64,000 bases of DNA from Lytechinus pictus. Taxonomy: Eukaryota. How positions within the stretch are numbered: the first letter of the stretch is position 1; each line of letters opens with the position of its first letter. Below are positions 40,801 through 47,900 of the stretch, piece after piece. The DNA lies in the NCBI RefSeq assembly GCF_037042905.1, contig NC_087245.1:28460001-28524000 (forward strand). The letters run 5' to 3'. A program made the position numbers and the translations under genes. The notes under the pieces are model-generated. The model was not told the DNA's origin and did no database searches. It saw nothing but the letters and a program-made list of their open reading frames with translations.

Positions 40801-40990
40801 GTGCGAGACTGATGTTGAGATGCAATTTCGGCTTCAATCGTGATGGAACAGCTGACGCGGAGGCCGAGCTGGGCGGAGGCGCTCCTCCGCGCTGATGTAA
40901 AACCCTCGTAGTCCCCCGACTCTCAGGGGCCTTCTCTCGCTCGCTGCCCCCGCTGCCGTAGTGTGAGCTACTCTCATCATACCCCGACAT
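248..40990 (-). CDS. DENND3: DENN domain-containing protein 3-like (Rab GEF); 18 coding exons in window, 3' part beyond left edge
   Basis: 18 GT-AG exons join in frame (3234 nt). uDENN (CVVVG...LCFPG...FHYLVLT), cDENN (ILTQQRIIFLS; PFKWPFVYVP...LDLLEAPGCFIMG), dDENN (FLEMF...FYNEMVHSHIF) and motifs recalled as DENND3-type (YLYLRG...ALDDFHNL, GMGRLVLTEKR, ELWAG...KDPQVVQQA). Confidence 0.9.
1205..1335 (-). CDS. DENND3: DENND3-like exon 17
   Basis: TCTCTAG|LFYMGEGSNIYREIVRTRDIEKLEKFEYFNILLSCQALRIYST|GTGAGT, phase 2 to 1. Confidence 0.9.
1431..1572. mobile_element. small hairpin MITE-like element
   Basis: TATTAACTGGCTTT ... AAAGCCAGTCAATA inverted ends plus internal inverted CTCATATTGCCC/GGGTAATATGAG. 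Confidence 0.5.
2217..2397 (-). CDS. DENND3: DENND3-like exon 16
   Basis: CTGCAG|YLDAETFMYFYEAWKEG...ESVLKMSSLIRTDHGMGRLVLTEKR|GTAGG, phase 1 to 2. Confidence 0.92.
2753..2851 (-). CDS. DENND3: DENND3-like exon 15
   Basis: AACTAG|GLREFIHWMQYLEIAIDVDVIDRLFNALSAGSS|GTGAGT, phase 1 to 1. Confidence 0.9.
3070..3812. mobile_element. pogo/Tigger-like (Tc1/mariner) MITE
   Basis: TIRs CAGTCCGACCTCTCTTATCCGG / CCGGATAAGAGACGTCGGACTG, TA on both sides (3068-69, 3813-14), subterminal CCGGATAA repeats. Confidence 0.85.
3907..3993 (-). pseudogene. decayed duplicate of the 3' end of exon 14
   Basis: Aligns to 4825-4911 at offset 918; CCA changed to TGA stop and donor GT changed to GG. Confidence 0.85.
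3996..4821. repeat. compound (CAT/CAC)n microsatellite, ~825 bp
   Basis: Continuous CAT/CAC triplets; 4201-4260 identical to 4381-4440. Confidence 0.98.
4844..5019 (-). CDS. DENND3: DENND3-like exon 14
   Basis: GTGCAG|LITELMNNLSAEDKELL...PVDLPDKGEL|GTGAAT, phase 2 to 1. Confidence 0.88.
5422..5558 (-). CDS. DENND3: DENND3-like exon 13
   Basis: TTTCAG|SCRQPALKASYLYLRGMFHIACNSPLDALDDFHNLHTADLSILPT|GTAAGT, phase 0 to 2. Confidence 0.92.
5693..5912 (+). mobile_element. CR1/L2-group LINE 3' fragment
   Basis: Translation FAKRSVPEWNELPHRVVNAVSLDSF fits the C-terminal WNxLP motif of CR1/L2 ORF2. Confidence 0.7.
6320..10295 (+). mobile_element. decayed Academ-like DNA transposon (transposase pseudogene) in DENND3 intron 12
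   Basis: Two CCAAT boxes (~6622, ~6672), GC-rich start, ATG 6783, then frameshifted fragments CIIC, KDLVAIEVRYHKSCY, RLGAFHTSMAMLSCIGKRFRDAGLETLVVESG, NGHHHNRSFHVHK...ERLRWQSF. Family assigned from recalled motifs; ends approximate. Confidence 0.65.
10345..10505. repeat. degenerate ~15-bp TAGACCAAATGG repeats (MULE/foldback subterminal type)
   Basis: Repeated TAGACC..ATGG motifs; reverse complement resembles the satellite subunit CCATTTGGTCTA at 26.8-28.6 kb. Confidence 0.5.
10577..10626 (-). CDS. DENND3: DENND3-like exon 12 (50 nt)
   Basis: ATGTAG|AQHFFTKCIEQLDHSIE|GTAAGT; phase 1 to 0 bridges exons 11 and 13. Confidence 0.82.
12681..12832 (-). CDS. DENND3: DENND3-like exon 11
   Basis: TCTTGCAG|IRKQQSTGQSVPDLRRRRVSG...FMLPLFHIPYTS|GTAATC; open frame, phases fit neighbours (2 to 1). 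Confidence 0.82.
13947..14174 (-). CDS. DENND3: DENND3-like exon 10 (dDENN)
   Basis: TCCAG|ELPEFMSMDQRWFKLEEFVSSR...FYNEMVHSHIFKPFREDRL...DQG|GTATGT, phase 2 to 2. Confidence 0.92.
15181..15795. mobile_element. degenerate Kolobok-like MITE (family of 35366-35951)
   Basis: Internal inverted blocks TTTGAATGTTGAGATCACTAATG / CATTAGTGGTTTTGACATTCAAA shared with the 35.4-kb copy. Confidence 0.6.
15890..16129 (-). mobile_element. 5'-truncated Deu(Nin)-domain SINE
   Basis: Reverse complement AAACACTCTGTCCCTTGGATAGGACGTTAAATGGAGGCCCCGTGT...GCACGTTAAG...AAGAGTAGGGG...CCCGGTGT aligns to 60812-60930. Confidence 0.75.
16200..16431. mobile_element. MITE-like element with degenerate TAACCC repeats
   Basis: CCCTAACCC/CCTAAAC run at 16290-16376, flanked by GACATGTGCTCC and GAGCAATTGTC/GCAAATGTC inverted motifs. 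Confidence 0.5.
17300..17458 (-). CDS. DENND3: DENND3-like exon 9
   Basis: TTCTAAAG|FYHARVKYYEL...QQEILDSFLEMFVHIF|GTAAT, phase 2 to 2. Confidence 0.9.
17986..18092 (-). CDS. DENND3: DENND3-like exon 8
   Basis: TATTAG|IEGLVIADIEKGTLHECPTLSVPSLPKGPTEGFKK|GTAAGT, phase 0 to 2. Confidence 0.9.
18582..18722 (-). CDS. DENND3: DENND3-like exon 7 (cDENN core)
   Basis: CTTTAG|CFFSYILPFKWPFVYVPVVSTQLLDLLEAPGCFIMGCNAIHRSRIQQ|GTATG, phase 0 to 0. Confidence 0.94.
18787..18877 (-). pseudogene. decayed duplicate of the 5' half of exon 7 including its acceptor
   Basis: TAG|TGTTTCTTCTCCTAC...TTCAAGTGGCCATTTG...ACACAGCTTCTTGATC parallels 18646-18725, with indels and an in-frame TAG. Confidence 0.85.
19208..20390 (-). 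mobile_element. L2-group LINE 3' fragment split by a piggyBac-like MITE
   Basis: YTPVRSLRSS...GPVLWNDLPQAIR...DTFTCYL|KTRLFNA reads through once 19381-20142 is removed; (TAT)n tail at 19208-19227. Confidence 0.8.
19381..20138. mobile_element. piggyBac-like MITE
   Basis: TTAA TSD (19377-80, 20139-42); TIR CCCTAAAAAGACTGGG / CCCAGTCTATTTAGGG (15/16); GGGGCTGAWTCAGCCCC palindromes near both ends. Confidence 0.9.
20420..21004. mobile_element. Kolobok-like MITE
   Basis: Imperfect long inverted ends (GGGCTGAA...AAATAGAG...TTTCATCAAAATCGGACAACAA vs TTGTTGTCCGATTTTAATGAAA...CTCTATTT...TTCAGCCC), TTAA at right end. Confidence 0.7.
21563..22193. mobile_element. Kolobok-like MITE hosting a nested MITE
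   Basis: AGGGGAAGTTCACCCTGAC ... GTCAGGGTATACTTCCACT followed by TTAA; relatives at 41626, 55793-56061 and 60300. Confidence 0.7.
21797..21957. mobile_element. PIF/Harbinger-like MITE
   Basis: TIR GTGGGTGTTTCATAAAGCTGTT / AACAGCTTTATGAAACACCCAC, CAG 3-bp TSD. Confidence 0.85.
22226..22423 (-). CDS. DENND3: DENND3-like exon 6 (cDENN)
   Basis: TTTTCAG|TLMLNEF...LHLPFLIF...ILTQQRIIFLSHDYSLLVPIIE|GTTTG, phase 0 to 0. Confidence 0.93.
22548..23023. mobile_element. Harbinger-like MITE with long imperfect TIRs, nested in a pogo-like relic (22461-23200)
   Basis: GGCCCTGTCTTACAAAGA...CAACTATGGAAAGCCAGCAA vs TTGCTGGCCTTCCATAGTTG...TCTTTGTAAGACGGGGCC. Confidence 0.75.
23982..24192 (-). mobile_element. 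tRNA-derived CORE-like SINE, degenerate
   Basis: Same blocks as 30470-30772 (CCCCAGTCATCGGAT, GGTACCCATTTAGCACCTGGGTGGAGAG, GAACACACGACC). Confidence 0.7.
26680..26788 (-). CDS. DENND3: DENND3-like exon 5
   Basis: TTGCAG|LAPDLYAKPQKMNELLKEFTLQLLIIPTPPAGNLYI|GTGAGT, phase 2 to 0. Confidence 0.9.
26806..28653. repeat. 105-bp tandem satellite, ~17.5 copies, built from ~15-bp subunits
   Basis: Exact 105-bp period (e.g. 26926 to 27031); near-identical units with a few recurring variant sites. Confidence 0.98.
30075..30235 (-). CDS. DENND3: DENND3-like exon 4
   Basis: TTTCAG|YPDEDFYS...CYVPACIVLISPNPYFTVMRECLS|GTAAGG, phase 0 to 2. Confidence 0.92.
30470..30772 (-). mobile_element. tRNA-derived CORE-like SINE
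   Basis: Minus strand has B box GTTCGAATCC, then CACTCTCCACCTAGGTGTTAAATGGGTACC core and a short (TAA) tail. Confidence 0.75.
30950..31074 (-). CDS. DENND3: DENND3-like exon 3
   Basis: TTTAG|GDARVSKSQREESFHYLVLTSLSGTRSYATCLTFYRQFIVHK|GTAAGT, phase 1 to 0. Confidence 0.92.
31100..31545. repeat. degenerate ~90-103-bp tandem repeat, ~4.5 copies, next to the exon 3 acceptor
   Basis: Recurrent GTTATCTTCTG...AAAATGCAATCAACAACCTCATYAAACCAACA. Confidence 0.8.
31770..32035. repeat. (CTT)n/(CTC)n low-complexity tract
   Basis: Direct inspection. Confidence 0.9.
32853..35325. mobile_element. Tc1/mariner-type non-autonomous element with long TIRs; left TIR interrupted by a HINE
   Basis: TA flanks; CAGTGCATATAAAAC + CAGGACAG... 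(33988 on) matches the reverse complement of CTGTCCCGTTTTTTTTATACGCACTG; ~250 bp of imperfect inverted similarity. Confidence 0.8.
32870..33985 (-). mobile_element. Helentron-associated non-autonomous element (HINE) with ~158-bp tandem repeats
   Basis: Minus strand TTTTTGTCTCACCTGCAT... to ...ATGCAGGTGAGACGGCCAGAGGCATTCCACTTG-TT; subterminal IR GTCTCACCTGCAT; (GCC)n microsatellite; ~6 repeats containing TGACCTTTGACCTT; inserted in a T-run. Confidence 0.8.
35366..35951. mobile_element. Kolobok-like MITE
   Basis: TTAA TSD, TIR AGGAGAATGAAAC / GTTTCATTCTCCT, ~80-bp internal inverted repeats. Confidence 0.88.
36010..37475. mobile_element. Kolobok-like non-autonomous element, CpG-rich interior
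   Basis: TTAA TSD (36006-09, 37476-79), perfect 15-bp TIR AGTTGAATTAAGAAG, internal inverted GAGTGTGACGTCACCGGGGG pair. Confidence 0.85.
38715..39300. mobile_element. degenerate Kolobok-like MITE (family of 35366-35951)
   Basis: GAGCATTTGATTGTTGAGATCACT, CCTCCCATTGGCAAT, TGTGACATCAC and CATTCTCCTT blocks. Confidence 0.6.
39610..39913 (-). CDS. DENND3: DENND3-like exon 2 (uDENN)
   Basis: TTGATAG|FNFRGGGDGMPIFSSIFEPQVL...INSLPPLCFP G|GTAAG, phase 0 to 1. Confidence 0.9.
40436..40990 (-). CDS. DENND3: DENND3-like coding exon 1 (Ser-rich N-terminus, start of uDENN)
   Basis: ATG at 40990, MSGYDESS...ALIEMCVVVGMDDDTGLK...SASQ; donor CAG|GTATTA, phase 0. Confidence 0.85.
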
Positions 40991-41625
40991 CCCGTGATCA
41001 AGTTTATTGTATTTTTATTGTTTAGCAAACACTAAAAATATGTAATTGCATAAAACAACCTATTGTATGCATTAAAAGGTTCAATAAATCCCGCTTAGGT
41101 CATGCTCAATAAACCATTTGAATGAGCAAAGTTCGATCATACAGTCCAAAAACACATAACCAGCCGACGGTCTCGTCATGTGTTGATTTATTTACTGAAG
41201 TGTGAAAGAACATTATTGTACCAGTATACGGTACCGGTATGCATGCTCATGGCATGACTCGAAGCTTCGCTGGACTTCGCACCATAATGAAATACGATAG
41301 GTGTTAACAAATTTTGTGCACTTTCTGGCTGGTTGGAAAGGTCTCGTCTTGGAGGCAATTGGGGGAGCAAACCGGAGCAAAATGATTATTAAGGGCCCCT
41401 TCTAAAACCCTCATTTTAAATAATAACTAGCCTGGACTAATACCATAGCCAAACTCCGAAGAAGTATACATTCTCCCCTTCATTCAAATGATGAGAGAAT
41501 TTTTTTTCTTCTCCCTCTTATCTTAATAATTCTTTTACATCCCTTCATCCGACGAACATTTCTGTTCATGCAGATAACTTAATTGGATGAAAGAAAACAC
41601 CTTTTGGACCTGACTGGGTTCAAAA

Positions 41626-41862
41626 AGGGAAGTTCTCCCTCGGACGAAAAGTTTGTTGTAAATAGCAGAATTTAAAAAAAAATATATAAATTTATATATA
41701 TAGGGGACTCGGCCGGGTTTGAGGAAAATCCATCGAAGATTTTGTTAAGGTTAGTTTTTTATTATCATTTTAGACATCATACGCGAGCAGCTCCCATATA
41801 TCATATATATCGTGTAATATAAAATGTCATTTTCTTAAAAAATGAAAATCATTTTTATTGTA
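41626..41862. mobile_element. left part of a Kolobok-like MITE (family of 21563-22193, reversed)
   Basis: AGGGAAGTTCTCCCT...TTTGAGGAAAATCCATC...GCGAGCAGC. Confidence 0.6.
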
Positions 41863-42769
41863 TTAATTAAGAACGACTGGTGGCCCTTTCGTGTGGTAAA
41901 TGATATTGACCATTAATGTTCATTGGTGATTATATTTAGAGCGTAATAAGGTTCATCAGTCGTTCTTAAACTCCCTCTTAACTTAAGAACAGTTTTAGGA
42001 AACACCCACCTGAAACTGCACGCCATTAGAGAAGTTCACATCTAATTAAGACAGAAATATTTCATAAGAAAGGGAAACGCATACATAATGTGTTACGGAC
42101 AATTTAATCTGAATCCTCCCTTTACTTTTATTTCATATGATTATGGCCTAAACGTGTTTTATAGAGTGAAAGTAGATTGTATACTTGCTTGCTTTGCTCA
42201 CTTGTCCAGAAACTGATACCCAGTTGACCCTGTTGGGCACTAATTATTTCCCAATATGGTAAGCGCCACATTATATTTTGGCAAAAGCCTTTATAGCCCC
42301 CTTAAAAATGATGCCGGCCCCCTGCATTTCTACCCATTTATTGATTGTTATGAAAGTCTCCCACTTGTTGTGCAGTAAAAGTCGCGAGCGCCTTTTTCGA
42401 GAAAGAATTTATATTTTTAAGGCAAGTTTTCAGTAGCATATAAAAACTTTTTCTTGCAAACTTAAGTTCTGCAAGTAAGAAAATTATCAGATTTTCTAAA
42501 ACTGAATTGTAAAGTGCAAATTGAATTTCAATTTTACCAGACATTCCAGCATATTAATTTGTATTTCACCATACACATCAATCGTTAGTTAGGCTACCAT
42601 ACACCGCCAATCAATCAGCATCCCCATTTTTATCCTCCTCCTCATCATCATCACAATCAACTTTTTTCCCTTCTATTTTTTAAGTTTTCGATTTTTCTTT
42701 GTCGTTCATTCTGCTCTTTCAATATGATTGCCTATTAATAGTATCAGGACAACTCCCCCCGAGGACAAT

Positions 42770-43343
42770 CGCATACATTCGTAATTCCGAAGCTTCGTTA
42801 TTCCGAAGGTTCGGATATTCCGAAGGTTCGTTATTCCGAAGGTTCGTATTTCCGAAGGTTCGTAATTCCGCAGGTTCGTTAGTCCAAAAACGAAATGAGG
42901 TTCGTAATTCCGAAGGTTCGTTAGTCCGAAAAAGAAGTGAGGTTCGTAATTCCGAAGGTTCGTTAATCCGAAAACGAAATGAGGTTCGTAATTCCGAAGG
43001 TTCGTAAGTCCGAAAACGAAATGATTAACGAACCTTATTTCGTTTTCGGACTAACGAACCTTCGGAACAACGAACCTTATTTCGTTTTCGGATTAACGAA
43101 CCTTCGGAACAACGTACCTTATTTCGTTTTCGGATTAACGAGCCTTCGGAACATCGAACCTTATTTCGTTTTCGCATTAACGAACCTTCGGAATAACGCC
43201 ACAAATGTTCGGATTAACGAACCCTTTTACGTTTTCGGATTAACGAACATCGAGGTATAGGCAATTTACGTGTTTCGGAATTACGAACCTTCGGAATAAA
43301 GAACCTTCGGAATTACGAACCTTCGGAATTACGAAGTGTAACC
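42770..43343. mobile_element. foldback (MULE-like) MITE of TTCGTAATTCCGAAGG repeats
   Basis: Left arm TTCCGAAGGTTCG repeats, right arm CGAACCTTCGGAA repeats; 9-bp TSD GAGGACAAT (42761-69, 43344-52). Confidence 0.85.
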
Positions 43344-44712
43344 GAGGACAATTACCATCGGGAACAATTACCCCCCCCCCCGAGGACACTAACCCCCTAT
43401 AGACAAAGGGAGTGCACAGAGGCATACGACGGCCGTACGTTTGACGTAAGAAGTACTCCAGGCATTCTCGAGTATTTCGGAATCAAACGAACGTCGTAAG
43501 AAAGCTGTAAAAATTGAGCTCCATCTGCAAACTTTACAAAATCCAGAATTCGATCATAATTTTTATGTCACCGTAGCATAAGATCATTCGTTTTGGCAAT
43601 CTTCGCAGTGGCGTAGCTACGGGGGCCAGGGTGGCACATGCCCCCCCCCCCTGAAAAAAATTGGCGGTGCATAAAAGAAAGAAAGAAAAAAGTAGGGGAA
43701 AGAAAAAAGAAAAAAGAAGAGGAAAATAAGAGGAAGAGGAGTGAACAAATTAAGGTGAGGGCAAGACTTTTTTTTTTAAAGTCACTATATAAAATTTTCG
43801 CTCACGCTTCGCGCTTGCATTGCCTGTTTGATGAGATTCATATCTTGCTCAATATAGGCTAATATGGAGCTTAAAATATCAAGTTTTGAAGTCAACATAC
43901 AAAATATATTTCAGCTCGGATATCGAGCTTTCATTATTTTTTCATTTACAAAGTGATTTTTTCAAGTGCTGTGTAAAAAGTCCGTTTTATGGTCTAAATA
44001 TTAATATTTTCAGCTCACGCTGCGCTGTCGCATTATTTGATTTGCCAAGTTCCTATTGTTTAGTACTGGTATATGTATAGGCCTACTCTTTTTATAAATT
44101 CTCACAAACCGTCCTTAAAATGCACCTTAAACGAATTGTATATAACACTATCATGATTACCAATTTGTATGGACAAACATACTGTATTTGATTGTGTCAT
44201 ATATTGTTTACAATTTAGTAATTTTGGTACTTAATTTCCAATTGCTTTCACCCTAAAATAAAACACACAAGAGAACCTTGTAATTTTACCAATAAGGGCC
44301 TAAAAGGTAACATTACAAGGTGTTCTTGTGTGTATTATCTTTGCATAAAGTTTTTTTTTAGCTTACTGTATTAAATAATAAATAATTAATCACATCTTAA
44401 TCTGGAATGCGCACCTATTGTTTCATAATTCTTAGCTTCTTGTTAGTTGAATTGTTTTAAAATAACAGGTTTATATAGGACCTACTTGTCAGTGTTAGTA
44501 TTGATGGTTGCGTTGTCGACTTTCAATATTTCTACCTATGAAGGTGTCTTTTTAACGTTTTATTTGCCTGATTATTTCCCTGAAATTAAACCCAAAATAA
44601 AAAAATATATAACAAATAAGTTGGAATCAGAGATATTCAGCATTTGTGATTAATATGTCTAATCGTGTCCTTTCATAAATGTTCAATAATGTTCTATGAA
44701 AACTAGTCTGAG

Positions 44713-45372
44713 TGTGGGCAGGCCCACAAAGTACACAAATGTACGAGCAGGCCTTTAATTAGCACACCTGGCAGTCCCTCTATTGGTAATGATGGTTACC
44801 CCTGTAACATAATCGAAGAGTCCAGATACTGCAGGAGCTTGACCACACTTTGTGAGAAGGGCATTCTACTGTTACTTTTACCAAGAAATAACAAGTGTCT
44901 GTCTTTTCTCTTCATTTAAAGGTAAGCTTGGTTCATCTTTCAAGTTATTATAATCATTGAATTGTTGAGTGTGATTGGATGTTGAATATTAACTAATGCC
45001 AGTTAAAAGTTATTGATTATGTGTGTGACTATATGATGTAGAAGGAGTTCTAAGAAGTACTAATTGTTGAAGAGTGATGTTGATTGACTGTGATTTCTAT
45101 GCAACAGTGCCATTGAGTTAATGTGTATGATCAAGTGTGGATACATTGTGTTGAAACAACAGAGTTCAATACATACACTGAGTGTACGCCATGTGTAGTA
45201 GATCTTCCCCCTCTTCCACTCTCTCTCTCTCTCTCCCTCTCTCTGTGTTCACTCTGTGTGTAGAGGTTGACCCTCTCCCTTGGTAGGGAACACACACACT
45301 CTCTCTCTCTCTCTCTCCCTCTCTCTCTGTTCACTCTGTGTGTAGAGGTTGACCCTCTCTCTTGGCAGGGAA

Positions 45373-45407
<35 letters not shown>

Positions 45408-46434
45408 TCTTCCCCTCTCTCTCTTGCTCCCTTCCCCAGTATTCTCGTTCATGCTGTGTTGTAAGCTATTACACTCTCCATTGGGCTAGGACAAGGGAAT
45501 TAGTGTTAGGAGGCATGTTTGCTTAAGAGCTCAGATTAGAAGTTGGAAACACTGAAGAGTTTGCATTTGCCTGGCATAAGGGATTGTCTTAGCATAGTTA
45601 ATTGGTAGTTTTCAATAGAATAAACCTGTACATAAGTATCCCATAATTGTATTTCTATTTAAAGATTGATGTTTAGGATATCGATTGGCTTAATACAACA
45701 TGTTTCCCTGTATATTGTAGAAGTGGAAGTTATCAGATTTCTTAGAGACAATCAATATTCTATAGTCTATATTTCTTGTCTTGTATATTATAGTCCATGA
45801 TTATTTATCTCTGTTTCTATGTCATAATCTTGGGTATGTCTAAGCATAATAATAGTGCTTTAATAGGTGAATCATGCAGATAGCAGTAATGATTGATAAG
45901 TTCGTTTTCCTAAAACGATAGTTTCATAGTTTCACCTGAGCATATGTATGTGCTGTGTGCTTGAAGGATACAATATAGGTCTCTGTTTACGTTATATTTC
46001 TATAAAGCTGAGAGGATAATAGTTCAGCATTTTGATAATATTGTCTAGGTATGCAATGAAGTTCATAATACCTTTAGAGTTAGAGGGTATTACGAATCAC
46101 AGTTTGGTTAGGAATATATATGATATTATCTGTATGTTACTAGGTTAGTGTTTATTCGATTCGATAATGAAACTATTAATGATTATGTAGATGTAAATAG
46201 GAACTCGTTAATACATTGTGTTATCAATGTTAAGTTTATTATGTAATACTGAATAACCTCGGGGTTACAGTATCTTGATATATATGTTGAATCGCAACAT
46301 ATATATATTATTATTTTGTATACACTCATGTGTTTGATTATTTGTTTAAATAAAAGGCATTCTACTGTTACTTTTACCAAGAAATAACAAGTGTCTGTCT
46401 TTTCTCTTCATTTAAAGGGTCGAGGCGGGCTACA
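44713..46434 (+). repeat. 5' LTR (1722 bp)
   Basis: Direct repeat of 53216-54937 at offset 8503; AATAAA at 46349; CT-rich ~83-bp tandem units at 45210-45430. Confidence 0.97.
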
Positions 46435-46437
46435 TTT

Positions 46438-46455
46438 TGGAGGCACTGCCCGGAT
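46438..46455 (+). promoter_or_regulatory. primer binding site, probably tRNA-Thr-like
   Basis: TGGAGGCACTGCCCGGAT 3 nt after the LTR; resembles the complement of a tRNA-Thr(AGT) 3' end (TGGAGGCACCGCTGGGAT, from memory) with 3 mismatches. Confidence 0.7.
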
Positions 46456-46586
46456 GATGATGCTGAGATGGTGTACGAGTTCTCCCTAGCGACTCCACCC
46501 AACTCCAACATCTCCGAACAGCCCTAGACGAGGCCCTACCCAATTCCAGAGACAGCTTGACAAGAAGGCCGATTCCGGAGCTATCT

Positions 46587-47900
46587 ATGATGGCAGGATT
46601 TGAGGAGCTGATCGACGATGTGCTGCAGAGATTGTCAGCGAGCACGGAGGAGCAGCTACTAAAGGCGGCAGCGGAGCTCAAGCTACCTGAGGAAGACGTG
46701 GGGAAAGCCAAGTCGAAAGGGCGAGCAGGACTGAAGCGTGTCATCAGACGCTTCCTAGATGGGGATGAGCTGGAGGATTCAGAGGACGGAGGCAAATCAG
46801 TGTTGCAGGGTTTGGCCAAGATCCTGGGAAAGGGGGACAGAGATGGAGATGATAATGTGGTTGAGGTAAAGGCCAGGACCACTAAGCTTCCAAGGGAACC
46901 ACCCACCCAGCCAAAGTCAGACCAGCCAGCTGAAGAGGCAGACGACACGTCACAGAGATCCCCCATCCTCAAGATGACCAACCAGCTGCCACATACTCCA
47001 GTCACGTGGAGAAAGGAGTTTAGGATACAGGGGCAGATTGGCGAGCCTAGCCAGAAGGACAAACTCTCTTTCGTTTCCCTCGCAAGACAGATTAACAGTG
47101 GCTTGAAAAAAGGATTTCCAGCTGAGGAGATCACCGAAGCAGTGGTGCGTGCTGTGAATCCAGGGCTCTCGCTCCGGAGCTATTTGGAGGGTCGAGGTGA
47201 TTTGGACTTGCCACTGTTACGACGCCTCCTGCGATCCCATTTTAGAGAGAGGGACGCTACTGCACTCTTCCAGGAGTTATCCTCGGCTGTGCAGGTTCCA
47301 AAGGAATCGCCACATGACTTCGTGCTCCGCACCCTAGACTTGAAACAAAAGGTACTGTTCGCCTCAGAGGAAAAGGGGGCAGCAATCTGCTATGGGAGTA
47401 CGCAGGTCCACAAGATGGCGTGGAGAGCAATCTCCACCGGTCTCCAGGATGCTGTTATCCAGCATGAGCTCAGGTCTACTCTACAACAAGATGTATCGGA
47501 TGAGGAGCTTCTGGAGGTGTTGACCACTGCAGTTGCACATGAGAGTGAGCGTCAACAAAAGCTGAAACCTCGCCAAGCCCGAGTTGCTGCTGCCATCGCA
47601 GAACCGGCAAAGCCTGAGACCACCTCTAAGCAAACGAGTAAGACAGAGGCACTGAACTTGAAAGAGCTGACGAACAGCATCCAACAGATTGTGAAGGCCG
47701 AGCTCAATGCTCTGATGGCTCAACCGAGAGGACCAAGATCTGGCAGGAGAGAGAGGGGCTGCGAGGCATGCCAGCAACAAGGACAAGGAGAGAGCTGCCG
47801 CCATTGTTTCCGGTGTGGAAGCTCTGAACATTATGCCAGGGGATGCAACATGAGGAGGCAGGGAAACGGGGTAGGGTTACTTGGGAGGGACAACCAGTAA
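46587..47900 (+). CDS. gag: Gag polyprotein
   Basis: Open frame from 46557, first ATG 46587; zinc knuckle [14 protein letters not shown] preceded by CEAC...CRHC. Confidence 0.92.
   Translation: MMAGFEELIDDVLQRLSASTEEQLLKAAAELKLPEEDVGKAKSKGRAGLKRVIRRFLDGDELEDSEDGGKSVLQGLAKILGKGDRDGDDNVVEVKARTTKLPREPPTQPKSDQPAEEADDTSQRSPILKMTNQLPHTPVTWRKEFRIQGQIGEPSQKDKLSFVSLARQINSGLKKGFPAEEITEAVVRAVNPGLSLRSYLEGRGDLDLPLLRRLLRSHFRERDATALFQELSSAVQVPKESPHDFVLRTLDLKQKVLFASEEKGAAICYGSTQVHKMAWRAISTGLQDAVIQHELRSTLQQDVSDEELLEVLTTAVAHESERQQKLKPRQARVAAAIAEPAKPETTSKQTSKTEALNLKELTNSIQQIVKAELNALMAQPRGPRSGRRERGCEACQQQGQGESCRHCFRCGSSEHYARGCNMRRQGNGVGLLGRDNQ

Noticed and set aside
42770..43343. CRISPR-like array
   Set aside because: No unique spacers, repeats invert midway, eukaryotic context; the 105-bp and ~158-bp arrays also lack spacers
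45131..45464. ER-repeat ORFs in the LTRs (also 53634-53967)
   Set aside because: Translations of (CT)n microsatellite units
46430..47134. 234-aa antisense ORF over gag, and other antisense ORFs over pol
   Set aside because: Shadow frames of coding sequence with no recognisable motifs
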